Shown here: positions 49,970 through 63,394 of the stretch, in pieces
Layout: each line of letters begins with the position of its first letter
How positions within the stretch are numbered: the first letter of the stretch is position 1
NCBI GenBank assembly: GCA_002269645.1
Contig: NIVC01001670.1
Location: forward strand, 62,001 to 126,000
DNA length: 64,000 nt
Reading direction: 5' to 3'
Source of the DNA: Macrostomum lignano
Lineage: Eukaryota
The notes under the pieces: generated by a model
Database searches by the model: none
Seen by the model: only the letters and a program-made list of their open reading frames with translations
Told to the model about the DNA's origin: nothing
Position numbers and translations under genes: made by a program

Positions 49970-51842
49970 TCACTGTCCGACAGGTCGCGACGCGTCGAAG
50001 CAGGTGAGCATGGCCAGGTGCGACTTGCAAGCGGCTACCCGCTTGTACAGCACGCTGGTCTCCGCGCGCAGAGCGTCTAGAAAGCCGGGGGACTCCGGGT
50101 CCATGCTGTCGGCCACGTGGACTGCGGGTGGGTTCCGTGGGATGCGTGTCAAGGATCAATGCCACACACATAGCTCCTTAGCAGGGATCAAAGCCACACA
50201 CACAGCTCCATAGCAGGGATCAAAGCCACACCCACACACACACAGCTCCATAGCAGGGATCAAAGCCACACACACACAGCTCCATAGCAGGAATCAAAGC
50301 CACACACACAGCTCCATAGCAGGGATCAAAGCCACACACATACAGCTCCATAGCAGGGATCAAAGCCACACCCACACACACACAGCTCCATAGCAGGGAT
50401 CAAAGCCACACACACAGCTCCATAGCAGGGATCAAAGCCACACACACACACACACACACACAGCTCCATAGCAGGGATCAAAGCCACACACACAGCTCCA
50501 TAGCAGGGATCAAAGCCACACACATACAGCTCCATAGCAGGGATCAAAGCCACACCCACACACACACAGCTCCATAGCAGGGATCAAAGCCACACACACA
50601 GCTTCATAGCAGGGATCAAAGCCACACACACACAGCTCCATAGCAGGGATCAAAGCCACACACACACAGCTCCATAGCAGGGATCAAAGCCACACCCACA
50701 CACACACACACACACACACAGCTCCATAGCAGGGATCAAAGCCACACACACACACACACACACAGCTCCATAGCAGGGATCAAAGCCACACACACACACA
50801 CAGCTCCATAGCAGGGATCAAAGCCACACACACACAGAGCTCCATAGCAGGGATCAAAGCCACACACACACAGAGCTCCATAGCAGGGATCAAAGACACA
50901 CACACAGAGCTCCATAGCAGGGATCAAAGCCACACACACAGAGCTCCATAGCAGGGATCAAAGCCACACACACAGTGCTCCATAGCAGGGAACAAAGCGA
51001 AACAGACTTTTTAATTCCATAGATCTACACTCGTAGCTTCCCTGCGGCTCTAAAAGCCAGAGAATGCGGTGTTCTGTACGAGCTAACTACCGTCAGCAAG
51101 CATACTTGTGCCAGCCGGCGCGCAGTCCTGGCAAACTGTTATTCCAGCGCTTTCCACTGTCCCGCACCATCACGCACTGCCGCCCGATGCTCCCCAAATG
51201 CTTTTCCTTTCAGATGTTAATGTCAGACACTTGGTCGCTCAAAAAACAATAAAAAAACAGAGGCTGCGCCCATATGCCTCTTCTTTTATAAAACTACTGG
51301 CAGAACTTTTCAATTGTTCTACTTTTTGCCATGCAAGACTACTCGATCCACCGATATGTATGGTAGTCAATATAAGCAGACTCTCACGGTCGAACGTCCA
51401 GCTGTTGGGGTCGGCCATCAGCAGCGACTTGGCGAGGCGGAGTTCCTCCTTCAGCTGCTGCTGCTGGCACACGAGCTCGGCGATTTTCTCGCGCCGTATC
51501 TGCCACGCGATTGCCGCCGACTCGTCCTCAGCGTCGACCTCGCTCTCGCCGTCGCTGGCGACGCCGTCGGCTGCCGACGCCTCAGCTGCTACCGTCGACG
51601 CTTTTCCTGCACCTGCGTCATCCTCATCGACAGCATCGTCGTATGCCGCTCGCTCCGCCGCCGCCGGTACCTCGTCCTCTTCATAGTCGGCTTCCTCAGC
51701 GGCGACATCCTCTGCAACGCCGGTGTCACCGCTGCAGCCGCCCACGCCGCTCTCTGGTGATTCGTCCGGCGGCACAGAGCGCGAGCGGGAGCGGACAACT
51801 GTGAGCTTTCGGTGCGCCGCTGCGGGTGGGGAAAGTGGAGGG

Positions 51843-51937
<95 letters not shown>

Positions 51938-51938
51938 T

Positions 51939-51988
<50 letters not shown>

Positions 51989-51989
51989 T

Positions 51990-52030
<41 letters not shown>

Positions 52031-52031
52031 T

Positions 52032-52063
<32 letters not shown>

Positions 52064-52064
52064 T

Positions 52065-52099
<35 letters not shown>

Positions 52100-52100
52100 T

Positions 52101-52159
<59 letters not shown>

Positions 52160-52160
52160 T

Positions 52161-52240
<80 letters not shown>

Positions 52241-55200
52241 TACCTTTTCGCCTTGCTGCTCTTGCAGCTGCCGCTGCCGCCGCAGTGACGCTGCTGGCCC
52301 GGCAAGTTGGTGCCGATCGTTCGCTCGCCGAGTCCCGACAGCTGGAAGCCTCGCTGTCTCGCAGCATCGATTCATACCCGGAGGAAGCACCGCCAGTCAC
52401 CCGGCACCTCTGCCAGGCGCGCCGCTGCCGCCACCGCTGCCGCCGCCTCCGCCGCTGCCGCTTCCACTGCCGCCGCACTCTGGGCTACCGATGCCGGCGC
52501 TAACAACGGCGCCACCGCCGCTTCCACTTCCGCCGCAGTTGGCGCTGCGGCCACCGACACCGCCGCTTCCGCTGCCTCCGCCGCTTCCACTGGCGCTTCC
52601 GCTGCCTCCGCCGGTTCGCCGCCTGTTGACAACACAGTAGAGCGGATGGTAGGAGCAGTCGGAGCCTCGCCCGGAGCTGCTGTGGCCGGACGTCCGCGGC
52701 TGCGTGACGGTGTGGTAGGGGGACAAGATGGTCGGCAGCGAAGGCTGTTCGCCAGGCGCATCCGGGCATTTCGACGCCGCCGTGACGGCTGCTTCGACCT
52801 GCTTCGGCTGCTTGGTTCCGGCGGCCGCCTTCGCCTCTTTGGAAGCTTTTCCACGCCTGGCGCCGAACAGCGGACTAGTGAGGAAGCTGGCCAGGCGGCT
52901 CGGCTTCTTCTCTGCCGCTTGCCGGCTTGATGACTTTTCACCGCCGAGCTCGTCAGTCCGTTTGTGCGCCGAGGTCGAGCGATCGCGCAGCCGCGGCGTT
53001 GCCGCCGTACCCGTCGATGCGTCCTTCGCCTTCGCCAGCTCGGAGCCCTGCGAGCCGCTGCGCTGATGCGCCGCCGTCACCCTGTCGCCTGGGGTCGCCG
53101 CGACAGCCGCCGCCGCCGCCGATTTGTCGGCCGGCAAGCAGCGCTGGGCCACCGCCCGGCTGAGCTCGTCCGGCTCCACGCCCTGCAGCCACTGGGCGAC
53201 TCGTGCGTGCGCCGGCGCCGGGGACGGAGGCGCCGCCGCGGCTGCTGTTGCCTCGTCCTGCCTGCGACCCTTGGCCGACCGGGACCGACGCTGGTGCTGG
53301 TGCTGGTGCTGGTGCTGGTGCTGGTGCTGGTGCTGGTGCTGATGGTGCTGGCGGGGGGCTGACGGGTGGTGCGGCGGCTTGCTATGGACAGGTGACGCGC
53401 AGGCGCTCTGACACAGCTGCTGCTGCTTGCGGCTCTCCTGCGGACTGTCGGAATCCCGGGATGTCGGCCCGACAGAATGGTGCTTCTCCACCCAGTCGCG
53501 CACGAACGGCTTGACGCGGGCGACGAGCGGTGCCGCAGAGTCGGCGGAGGCAGCCGGCTGCTGTTGCTGGTTCCGCTGCCGCGGCAGCGAGGAGCCCGGA
53601 GACCGCTGCCGGTGCCGCCTGAGCACCGGCCGCTCCCCCGTGGATGAAGACACAATGACGGTGGACGGAGAACCTGCTGGAGCGACTGGCGCAACAGTTG
53701 CCGCGGCCACCGCAGCTGACCCGTCAAATACCAGTGGCGGAGGCGGAATCTCCAGCCTCTCCAACGCCTCGTTGCTCGCCTCCTCCTCTTCCTGCTCCGC
53801 CTCGGCTTCTGGCGGCGAAGAAGATGAAGTTCTTGATCCGCTTTGTCCGCCGCCGGCGCCTGCTGCGTCCTCGGTCTGCTCGCTGATGTCCGACAGGCCG
53901 CTGCGCTCCCCGCCTGCCCGGTCCAGCGTGCTGCTGGTGCTGGTGGAGCTGCCGGACTCGTATGGCTCCTCCGACTGGGTCTCTGCGTCCTTCTTGGCTG
54001 GCTGCGGCTGCTGCGGCGGGTCGCAGATGTCCGTGTGCCGGCTGCGGTGCCTCCCCAGAACCGGGGATGCGGCGGCTGCGTCGGCGGTGGCATTCGCAGA
54101 GGAAGCCGCTGCAGAGACGGCGGCGGCGACAGGCGAAGGCGCGGAAGCCGGCGGCGAAGCTTTCGGCCCGTCGATCCAACGCTCGCCGCCGCCGGCTGTG
54201 GAAGCCGATGCTGCCTCTGTGGATGGCGCCGTCTGCTTCATCGTGGTGGCGCGCGGCCCGTCAATCCACTGCTCGCCGCTGCCCGCAGCGTCGTCCTCGT
54301 CGGAGGCGGTCGCCTTGGCGAGCTTCCGCAGCAGCGCCGCAGGCGGCGGCGGCGCCCGGCCGCATTCCGGCAGATCCCGCTTTCCTAGAAAGATGACGGT
54401 CGCGCAGCTGTGCTCGCTGCCGGAGCTGTAGTCTGTCTCGCGCTGCTGCGGCCTCAGCCGGACGGCTCGCCTCACCCCGAAGCTGTCGCAGCTGGAGCTG
54501 TCGGAACCGCCGCCGCCGCTGCCGCCGCCTCCGCTGCCGCCGAGCATTCGGGCCTGGCGTTTGCGCATTCGCTGGATTCGATTGGCAAATTGCAGAATTT
54601 GCATCGACTCGGAGGCGTGCTGCTGCATTGACGACACCTGAAGGTGAACAACAATTTAGTAAATATTGATTTGAACTTTTTTGTTTTTTGATTCATCATT
54701 TCCCTCTCCGTTTTTTATTGCAGTAGGATTCTCGACTCCACTTGACAGATCGTCTCGTTGGCAGATTGTCCATTCTACCTGGCAGATTGTCCATTCCACC
54801 TGGCAGATTGTCCATTCCACCTGGCAGACTGTCCATTCTACCTGGCAGACTGTCCATTCCACCTGGCAGATTGTCCATTCCACCTGGCAGATTGTCCATT
54901 CCACCTGGCAGACTGTCCATTCTACCTGGCTGATTGTCCATTCCACCTGGCAGATTGTCCATTCCACCTGGCAGACTGTCCATTCTACCTGGCTGATTGT
55001 CCATTCCACCTGGCAGATTGTCCATTCCACCTGGCAGATTGTCCATTCCACCTGGCAGATTGTCCATTCCACCTGGCAGATTGTCCATTCCACCTGGCAG
55101 ACTGTCCATTCTACCTGGCTGATTGTCCATTCCACCTGGCAGATTGTCCATTCCACCTGGCAGATTGTCCATTCCACCTGGCAGATTGTCCATTCCACCT

Positions 55201-57723
55201 GGCAGATTGTCCATTCCACCTGGCAGATTGTCCATTCCACCTGGCAGATTGTCCATTCCACCTGGCAGACTGTCCATTCTACCTGGCAGATTGTCCATTC
55301 CACCTGGCAGATTGTCCATTCCACCTGGCAGATTGTCCATTCTACCTGGCAGATTGTCCATTCCACCTGGCAGATTGTCCATTCCACCTGGCAGATTGTC
55401 CATTCTACCTGGCAGACTGTCCATTCCACCTGGCAGATTGTCCATTCCACCTGGCAGATTGTCCATTCTACCTGGCAGACTGTCCATTCCACCTGGCAGA
55501 TTGTCCATTCCACCTGGCAGATTGTCCATTCTACCTGGCAGACTGTCCATTCCACCTGGCAGATTGTCCATTCCACCTGGCAGATTGTCCATTCCACCTG
55601 GCAGACTGTCCATTCTACCTGGCAGACTGTCCATTCCACCTGGCAGATTGTCCATTCCACCTGGCAGATTGTCCATTCCACCTGGCAGACTGTCCATTCT
55701 ACCTGGCAGACTGTCCATTCCACCTGGCAGATTGTCCATTCCACCTGGCAGATTGTCCATTCCACCTGGCAGATTGTCCATTCCACCTGGCAGATTGTCC
55801 ATTCCACCTGGCAGATTGTCCATTCTACCTGGCAGATTGTCCATTCCACCTGGCAGACTGTCCATTCTACCTGGCAGATTGTCCATTCCACCTGGCAGAT
55901 TGTCCATTCCACCTGGCAGACTGTCCATTCTACCTGGCAGATTGTCCATTCCACCTGGCTGATTGTCCATTCCACCTGGCAGATTGTCTATTCCACCTGG
56001 CTGATTGTCCATTCTACCTCAGCCCGGAAGCCCCGGCCCCATACCTGGCAAATCATGCAGGCCCTGCAGCCCGTGGAGCCGAGCGCCTCTCTGAGCAGCT
56101 GGCTGAGCTTCGAGTCCCGGTGCGGCACCCTGCGCTGCCCGTTGACCAGGGCGGCCAACACGCTGCCCATGGCGGCCAGGCTCAGCGCCGGGTGGCCCGC
56201 GTCGCGACCTCCCCGGCCGCAGCCGAGGTCAATCAGGTGCAGCCGGGACCGGCCACCGGCCACGCCCCGGCCGATCCCGGTGCGCTCGACCCGGTATTGG
56301 TACAGGTGCAGGGTGAACAGCAGGTGCGACATCCCGCTGCCGCCGCCGTCTCCGGAGCTGGACGATGTCGACCGAGCGCTGAGCGCCGCGTCCAAGTAGG
56401 CGGCGGCCTTCTCCGGCGTCGGCGCCCGCAGCTCCGACTGGTTCTCCAGCTGCGACCCGGTGATCGGATCGTCGCGCAGGTAGGCCTCCGTGGACACCGC
56501 TGCCGACACCGGCGCCGCAGGCGAGGCCGCCTCGCCCAGCAGGTCGCGCAGAGCCTCGTCGCGGCCGGCCAACTCGACGGCGCTGACGCGGACAGAGAAT
56601 CTGGCGCCGCTGGCGGCCTCGCGCTGCTCGCTGATGGCGCGAAACAGCCAGGCGATGGCGCAGGGGATGACGCCGGCGCCGCTCGGGGACACGTCGCTGC
56701 CGACCATCGTGTGGGTCTTGCCTGCGGGGTGCCAGGGCGAGTGAGGTAATCGAGTGAGATCAAGCCGATGATGTACAGCCTCGGTGTTTGCGGGGTGCAG
56801 TGTGGGGGCTGAGTGGCAACGCAGCTAACTAGGATGCTAACTAGATTCGTCCTGGGTTCGATTCCGCACATGCCCTCAATAATTTGGTGCTTGAAAGCCA
56901 AACTCCCATGTACAAGAGGATGAGAAGTCTAGGTTCTGCATGCGCTGCTTGGTCCCGATTTGAACTGCTCTGCAAAAAAATTTCTTCAACATTACGAGCG
57001 TAAATCACGGAGCAAATCAGTACAAATTCGAAGCATTCGGGCTCGAAAATGCTTCTAAGCTCTCGGATTTCCGAATTGAAAACAAAACACGAAGATGACA
57101 GTCAGCCTCGTGAAGGAATTCCCGCGCGACCTCTGCCGGCGGCCGTGACCTCAGCTCGGCCTACTAGCGCTGCGGCTAATTAAGAACGGGCCATCAAAGG
57201 CTCCCCTGCCGCCGAGGAGGTCCCGCCGCACTGACAGGAGCTGGCACGCGATATAAAAAGTGTGCATGAATCTGGGAGGCCCCTCCATCCAGCACTCATT
57301 CATAGTTGCTGCTCGACAGGGCGATGCAAATTAAGAGAGCGGGGCGCCGTTCGTCTTCGAAAGATTTAAGAGATGCGAATGAGTGAGGGGATTTGGCCGG
57401 CTGCCATCCCGCTCCTCACCCTGGCGCCGCTCTGCCAGTGCAGAACTTTCAGCTCTTTTCTTTGGTTCTCCCGGCGAAGTTTGGGAAGAAGAGGGGTGCG
57501 CTGAGCTGGGGGACCCGAGCTGGGCTGTCTGGAGCGGGAGGGGGGATTCGGGGCAGCGGCGAGAGAAACGTCTCGGAGCTGAGAAGCGCTGGCGTGACTG
57601 GCGCAGACAGCGGCTCTGATTGAAGCCGACTTCTTCACTCACTGAGAGAGGATGGCGGCTGAGATGGGGCCGGGCGAGGAGAGAAAGCTGAGTGGAAGCC
57701 GCAATCCGGGGGCCAAGTTCAAG

Positions 57724-57771
<48 letters not shown>

Positions 57772-60700
57772 AAGAGAAAGTTCAGACAGCACAGCGAGAA
57801 ACGAACTGCCACCACCGGTCACTCAAGCTCTCTGTCCCCTTCTGCAAGCGCTCCCCCCCCCTTGACCCCTGGGCCGCCAGGCTGCCCCATTCAGTCAGTC
57901 GCTTTCTGCGACAAAACCCTGCCGTGTCTGTCCGTCTGTCATCGACAGCGAAGCATCGACTAACTGAAACCAAAGCAATTTTACCATTTATCTATAGACG
58001 AATTTCGATTTCCCCTTAAACTCCACGGCCAGGACTTTCAATACCAACTTCCCGCCGAGTACTTCGGCAAGACAACTGCCGCTTCCAGTGAACAGTTGAG
58101 TCGATTTCTCAATAACAGGAAAAATTTGCATTTAATCCTCATTTTCTTCCATTCATCCCAATTATTGATTCCCTTAGGACAAGGCGCACTGGACTCGCGT
58201 AAGTTTGCGTCCTCCGCGACTCTCTCTGGCGCACTCTGAGGGACTCTGACTGTCCGCGGCTCGAGCTCTCTGTGGCAGCGCAGTCGCAGACTGGACTAAA
58301 CGGCGCCCTTCCCCCTGCTCACGTGGCCGTCTCCTCCCTACTCGCCCATCTCCCCGCCCTCCCCAATGCGGCCGCCCCTCCATAATTCAATTGCCGTGTT
58401 TCTGGGCGACGGCCGGCCCTCGCCAAGCCCCCCCCCACTACCCGCACTCTACACAAAAATGCGGGGCTAGCAACGAGATGATGCCGGGGCAGCTGGGAGA
58501 AGGAGAAGAGGCGGCGGCTCGCTTTCCCATCTGCATAGAATCTGCATACGCTGCGGAGGGACTCTTCGAGGAGTCTGGGGGGGGGGGCAGTCTGGGACAG
58601 CGGCGGCGGGGACTCCGCTCGCCAGCGAGCCGGGAGGTGGGAGCGCGTCCCAAGATCGATACCCCCTCAAGCGTGCTGCGGGAACATGGGAGTCGGCAGA
58701 CCAAAGAGGACGCCAGAGAGATGGATGGCGGAGCACTTCTGAGCTGGCTGGGGCTGCCGCCGATTCGAGGGGAAAAGAGCAACCGGGGGAAAAATATGCG
58801 AATTCCTCTCCGGGGTCAGCGGGCTGGTGGGCTGGGAGTTCTGGGTGCAAATGGATTGCTAATCTATTCCATAGTAAGAAGGATTAGAATGGATTGCTAA
58901 TATATTCCATAGTAAGCAGGATTATAATGGATCGCTAATCTATTCAATACTAGCAGGATTAGAATGGATTGCTAATCTATTCCAAGTAAGCAGGATTATA
59001 ATGGATCGCTAATCTATTCAATACTAGCAGGATTAGAATGGATTGCTAATCTATTCCATAGTAAGCAGGATTATAATGGATCGCTAATCTATTCAATACT
59101 AGCAGGATTATAATGGATTGCTAATCTATTCAATATTAGCAGAGTTAGAATGGATTGCTAATCTATTCCATAGTAAGCAGGATTATAATGGATCGCTAAT
59201 CTATTCAATACTAGCAGGATTATAATGGATCGCTAATCTATTCAATACTAGCAGGATTAGAATGGATTGCTAATCTATTCAATATTAGCAGAGTTAGAAT
59301 GGATCGCTAATCTATTCAATACTAGCAGGATTATAATGGATTGCTAATCTATTCAATATTAGCAGAGTTAGAATGGATTGCTAATCTATTCCATAGTAAG
59401 CAGGATTATAATGGATCGCTAATCTATTCAATACTAGCAGGATTATAATGGATTGCTAATCTATTCAATATTAGCAGAGTTAGAATGGATTGCTAATCTA
59501 TTCCATAGTAAGCAGGATTAGAATGGATTGCTAATCTATTCCATAGTAAGCAGGATTATAATGGATCGCTAATCTATTCCATACCAGCAGGATTATAATG
59601 GATTGCTAATCTATTCAATATTAGCAGAGTTAGAATGGATTACTAATCTATTCCATAGTAAGCAGGATTAGAATGGACTGCTAATCTATTCAGTTTCGTG
59701 AGTTATAGGGCCGCCCAATCTTGAATATATTTCCAGAAGAACTTGCTGACTAATTAATCTACCAAAAGTAGCCTGCAGGGCTGCTCACTTCTGCATCAGC
59801 CGGTCAACCCGGCAGGCGGCGGGGTCAGCCAGGGAGCCAATTAGCCGCTCCCCTATTCCCCTGAGCTCGCACAGCTGAAGGGCGAAGCTGGTCCAGCCTG
59901 CCATTGTTGGGGAGATGCCCTCCTCCCAGTCTCCGATATCCGCTTCATCGGGAGGACAGGGGGGGGGAGCTAGGGGGCGGGCGGAAGCAACTGACGCCAA
60001 GAAAAAAGTTTGCGAAGAGGCTCCCTGACAGCGGGGCTTTCGCCAGCCCGGCAGAGACCGCGGGGGGGGGGGTGGGGAAGCCGGTCGGCCCTTCGCTGGT
60101 TGCCCGGCCGGCAACACGAGGTTTCAAGTGAAGTGGGCAGGCCAGTCCGGTGCCTCCTCTTCTCCCTCTGTCCCAGAAGAATGTGGGGGCGACTTGAGAG
60201 CGACTTTGAAGGCAGGGCAAGCAGGGGGGGGGGATTCTTTGCCGTTGAAAATGCCGGACCTCTGTCCCATGCGGCCGCGGCCTTCGGGCCGGTTGCCCTC
60301 TCTCGCACTTCGCTGTTTAGCAACAGATGCTGGTAAGGGGAACCGCAGGAGCGCCCTGTTGCTACCTCGGCGCTCTGGGTTTTAACAACAAGAACTGACT
60401 GGGGGTGGCCAAAAAGTGCAGCACCAAGTTATTCTCGGCCGTGGGCTCCGCTGTTGGACAATGGCCAGATTAGCTGGAAGTGCCAACAGTGCATGTAATT
60501 GTGCTTTGTTTTCTGGCGCGCCTGTCAAAGCTTTGATCGGCCAGGCCCGCACAACTGTAGGGGCAGACTTTGTAGGATTTACACTAATCCGATTTCTGCA
60601 AATCCACACTGCCAATTGGCATCGGCGCGAATGATAAATCTGGAAAGAGTACCCAGAGACAGGTGTGCGAGATAGTCTGCTAGCAGCTAGATAGATTAGA

Positions 60701-63394
60701 TTAGATTAGATTAGCGATCTGCTAGCAGCTAGATAGATTAGATTAGATTAGCAATCTGCCAGCAGCTAGATAGATTAGATTAGATTAGCAATCTGCCAGC
60801 AGCTAGATAGATTAGATTAGATTAGCAATCTGCCAGCAGCTAGATAGATTAGATTAGATTAGCAATCTGCCAGCAGCTAGATAGATTAGATTAGATTAGC
60901 AATCTGCCAGCAGCTAGATAGATTAGATTAGATTAGCAATCTGCCAGCAGCTAGATAGATTAGATTAGATTAGCGATCTGTCAGCAGCTAGATAGATTAG
61001 ATTAGATTAGCAATCTGCTAGCAGCTGGATAGATTAGATTAGCAAGCTGCCAGCAGCTAGATAGATTAGATTAGATTAGATTAGATTAGCAAGCTGCCAG
61101 CAGCTAGATAGATTAGATTAGATTAGATTAGATTAGCGATCTGCTAGCAGCTAGATAGATAAGATTTCCCAGCATCCCCAGCAAAATGCAGTGCCATCCC
61201 CTTCCTAAAAAGTTCAAGAGACTCACCGAGACCGCCATAGCCGAACACGAACACGCAGCCGTCTGAGCCGCTCACTACGCCCTGGATGATTTCGGGCAGG
61301 GCGGCTGAGCACAGCTCGGGCTGAAACAGGGAGCAGGCGATGATGCGATTTTAAAGCTCGTTTGTTGGTTGGTTTAGCTTAATTTCGGCTAATAAATATA
61401 CCCTCGAATCTCTCCTGAATATCACCTGAATCTCTTCTGAATCTCCCCTCAATCTGCCCTGAATCTCTTCTGAATCTCCCATGAATCTTTTCTGAATCTG
61501 CCCTGAATCTCCCCTGAAGCTCTCTAAATCTCTGACTAATAGAGAGAGATTCAGATCTCACCTGAATCTTACCTGAATCTCCTTTGAATCTCCCCTGACT
61601 CTCTCCTGAATATCTTCTGAATATCTCCTGAATACTTCATAAATATCTCCTGAACATCTCATGAATATCTCCTGAACATCTCCTGAATCTCTCCTGAATA
61701 TCTCATAAATATCTCCTGAACATCCCCTGAATCTCTCCTGAGCATCTCCTGAATCTCTCCTGAACCTCTTCTGAAGCTATCAAAAGTGCATCTGCAGACT
61801 CTCATCAGTCCAGCAATTCATCCATAATCTCTCCTCTCTCGTCTCTAACGCTCCCGGACTCAGCTATAAATCTGAAAGTCTCCGCTCTGTCTCCACGTCA
61901 TGGGCGGCGGGCACTCTTACAGCCATCATCGGGTCCCCTGTTTCCATCGCTCCGTCTCCCTGGGTACACACAGGCGCAGACGGGGGCGAGGGAAGCTGTA
62001 AATCAGCCGCATCAAGGGCAGCTTTATTGTCGGCCCTTTTGGCAGCGAAAAAGGGGCCAGACGGGGCTCCCCATCTCGAGATTCGGCTGACGACAAAAAT
62101 GTCGTTGAAATGAGAGGCGCGGTGATTAAGAGCTCGACAATAAAACCCGATCTTGCTTTAGCCAGGATTTTCTGTCTGAGCTCCGCCGCGCTCTGATTTG
62201 CATGGGGGGTGGCGGGGGACAGAGGACTCCACTGTCTCTGATGAGGAAGAGATGCTGAGGCACGGCAGGACTCGCCCAATGTGGCTGACCCACCCGGAAA
62301 CCGGCGGAACGGCACAAAGAGAACTTCGCCCCAGCTTCAAAGCTGGAGAGTGTTGGATGGCCTTGTGGGGATATTTGTATTTTTGGGGAGAATTGGGCAA
62401 AACATTTCCGCTGAATGCTGCGGCTCTCCATAGTCTACCTCTACCACCCCCGCCATTATTTTTTCTGGCGACTGCGAGAACGGATTAGATGGAGAAACGG
62501 CTGGTGATGGATGGCAGTTGGCGAGGCTGGGTAGACCGAAAATCGGCGGCAATTCTGAGAAAAATATGCAAAAAATGAATTTGCTCGATTTGGGGAGACA
62601 CCGCCCGGTAATAAAAGTGACTCGATAATCAAAATTAACTGATCTACTCTGCAGCTCTGGCTCAGAAATGCGCCACTCTGCAGTTACTCTGCATCACCCA
62701 ACATCACCCAGCATCACTCGGAATCACCCATCATCACCCGGATCCACCCAGCATCACCCGGAATCACCCAGAACCACCCTGTATCATCCTGGTCGCTCTA
62801 CATCACCAAGCATCACCCAGCATCACCCAACATCACCCAGCATCACTCGGAATCACCCATCATCACCCGGATCCACCCAGCATCACCCCAGCATCACCCT
62901 GAATCAACCAACATTTTCCAGCATCACCAAGCATCACTCAGCATCACCCAGCATCACCCAGCATCACCCAGCATCACCCAGCATCACCCAGCATCACCCA
63001 GCATCACCCAGCATCACCCAGAATCACCCAGCATCACCCAGCATCATTCAACATCACCCAGCATCACCCAGAAGCCATCAATATCCCCTGCGTCACCCAG
63101 CATCACCCAGCATCACCCAGCATCACCCAGCATCACCCAGCATCATTCAACATCACCCAGAGTCACCGAACGCACCAAGCTGCTCTCCTCTGTAAAGACG
63201 GCATCGAAGGAGAAGAGTTTCGGTGCCAGTTTGCTCTGCCCGCCTGAGGTAGAGGCGGCGGTGGTGGCGGCGGGTTGCCGGTGGTGGTGCAGAGCGGCGG
63301 GGTCGAAGACGGTCACCTGGCGCCGGCGACTGTCGGCTGACATACATGCGGCACCCCCGGTCTCCTTCGACACCACCTTGACGATCACCTTCAT
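49970..63394 (-). CDS. KIF26: KIF26/VAB-8-like atypical kinesin (kinesin-11 family); may have further 5' exons beyond the right edge
   Basis: Exons 63176-63394 ([27 protein letters not shown]), 61227-61320 ([31 protein letters not shown]), 56045-56721 ([51 protein letters not shown]), 52244-54637 (contains a frame break near 52400; [13 protein letters not shown]), 51388-51819 (..[11 protein letters not shown]), 49970-50121 (..[17 protein letters not shown]). The degenerate P-loop (GYGGLGKT) and switch II (DLGCG) are typical of KIF26. Confidence 0.9.
50160..50995. repeat. ~30-34-bp minisatellite CAGCTCCATAGCAGGGATCAAAGCCA(CA)n (KIF26 last intron)
   Basis: Variable CA spacer length. Confidence 0.95.
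51843..52240. repeat. (TAG)n microsatellite filling a KIF26 intron
   Basis: About 130 triplets with occasional TTG. Confidence 0.98.
54757..56018. repeat. 21-bp minisatellite ATTGTCCATTCCACCTGGCAG (KIF26 intron)
   Basis: About 60 units. Confidence 0.98.
56796..56875 (+). mobile_element. Possible tRNA-derived SINE head in a KIF26 intron
   Basis: A-box-like GGGGCTGAGTGG and B-box GGTTCGATTCC at tRNA-like spacing. Confidence 0.35.
57726..57770. repeat. (GA)n microsatellite
   Basis: Direct reading. Confidence 0.95.
58850..59692. repeat. 38-bp minisatellite GATTAGAATGGATTGCTAATCTATTCCATAGTAAGCAG
   Basis: About 22 units with variants. Confidence 0.95.
60675..61160. repeat. ~37-bp minisatellite GCAGCTAGATA(GATTA)nGCAATCTGCCA
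   Basis: Nested GATTA pentamer of variable number. Confidence 0.95.
61405..61770. repeat. 10-11-bp degenerate repeat TCTCCTGAAT
   Basis: Direct reading. Confidence 0.85.
62690..63165. repeat. 10-bp repeat CAGCATCACC
   Basis: Starts just inside the donor of the KIF26 exon at 63176. Confidence 0.93.

Noticed and set aside
53290-53345. (CAGCAC)n giving an HQ dipeptide tract in KIF26
   Set aside because: Ordinary coding microsatellite in a disordered region.
54656-56749. Several 280-660-aa repeat ORFs (VEWTICQ, LADCPFH, MDNLPGG)
   Set aside because: All frames of a 21-bp intronic array.
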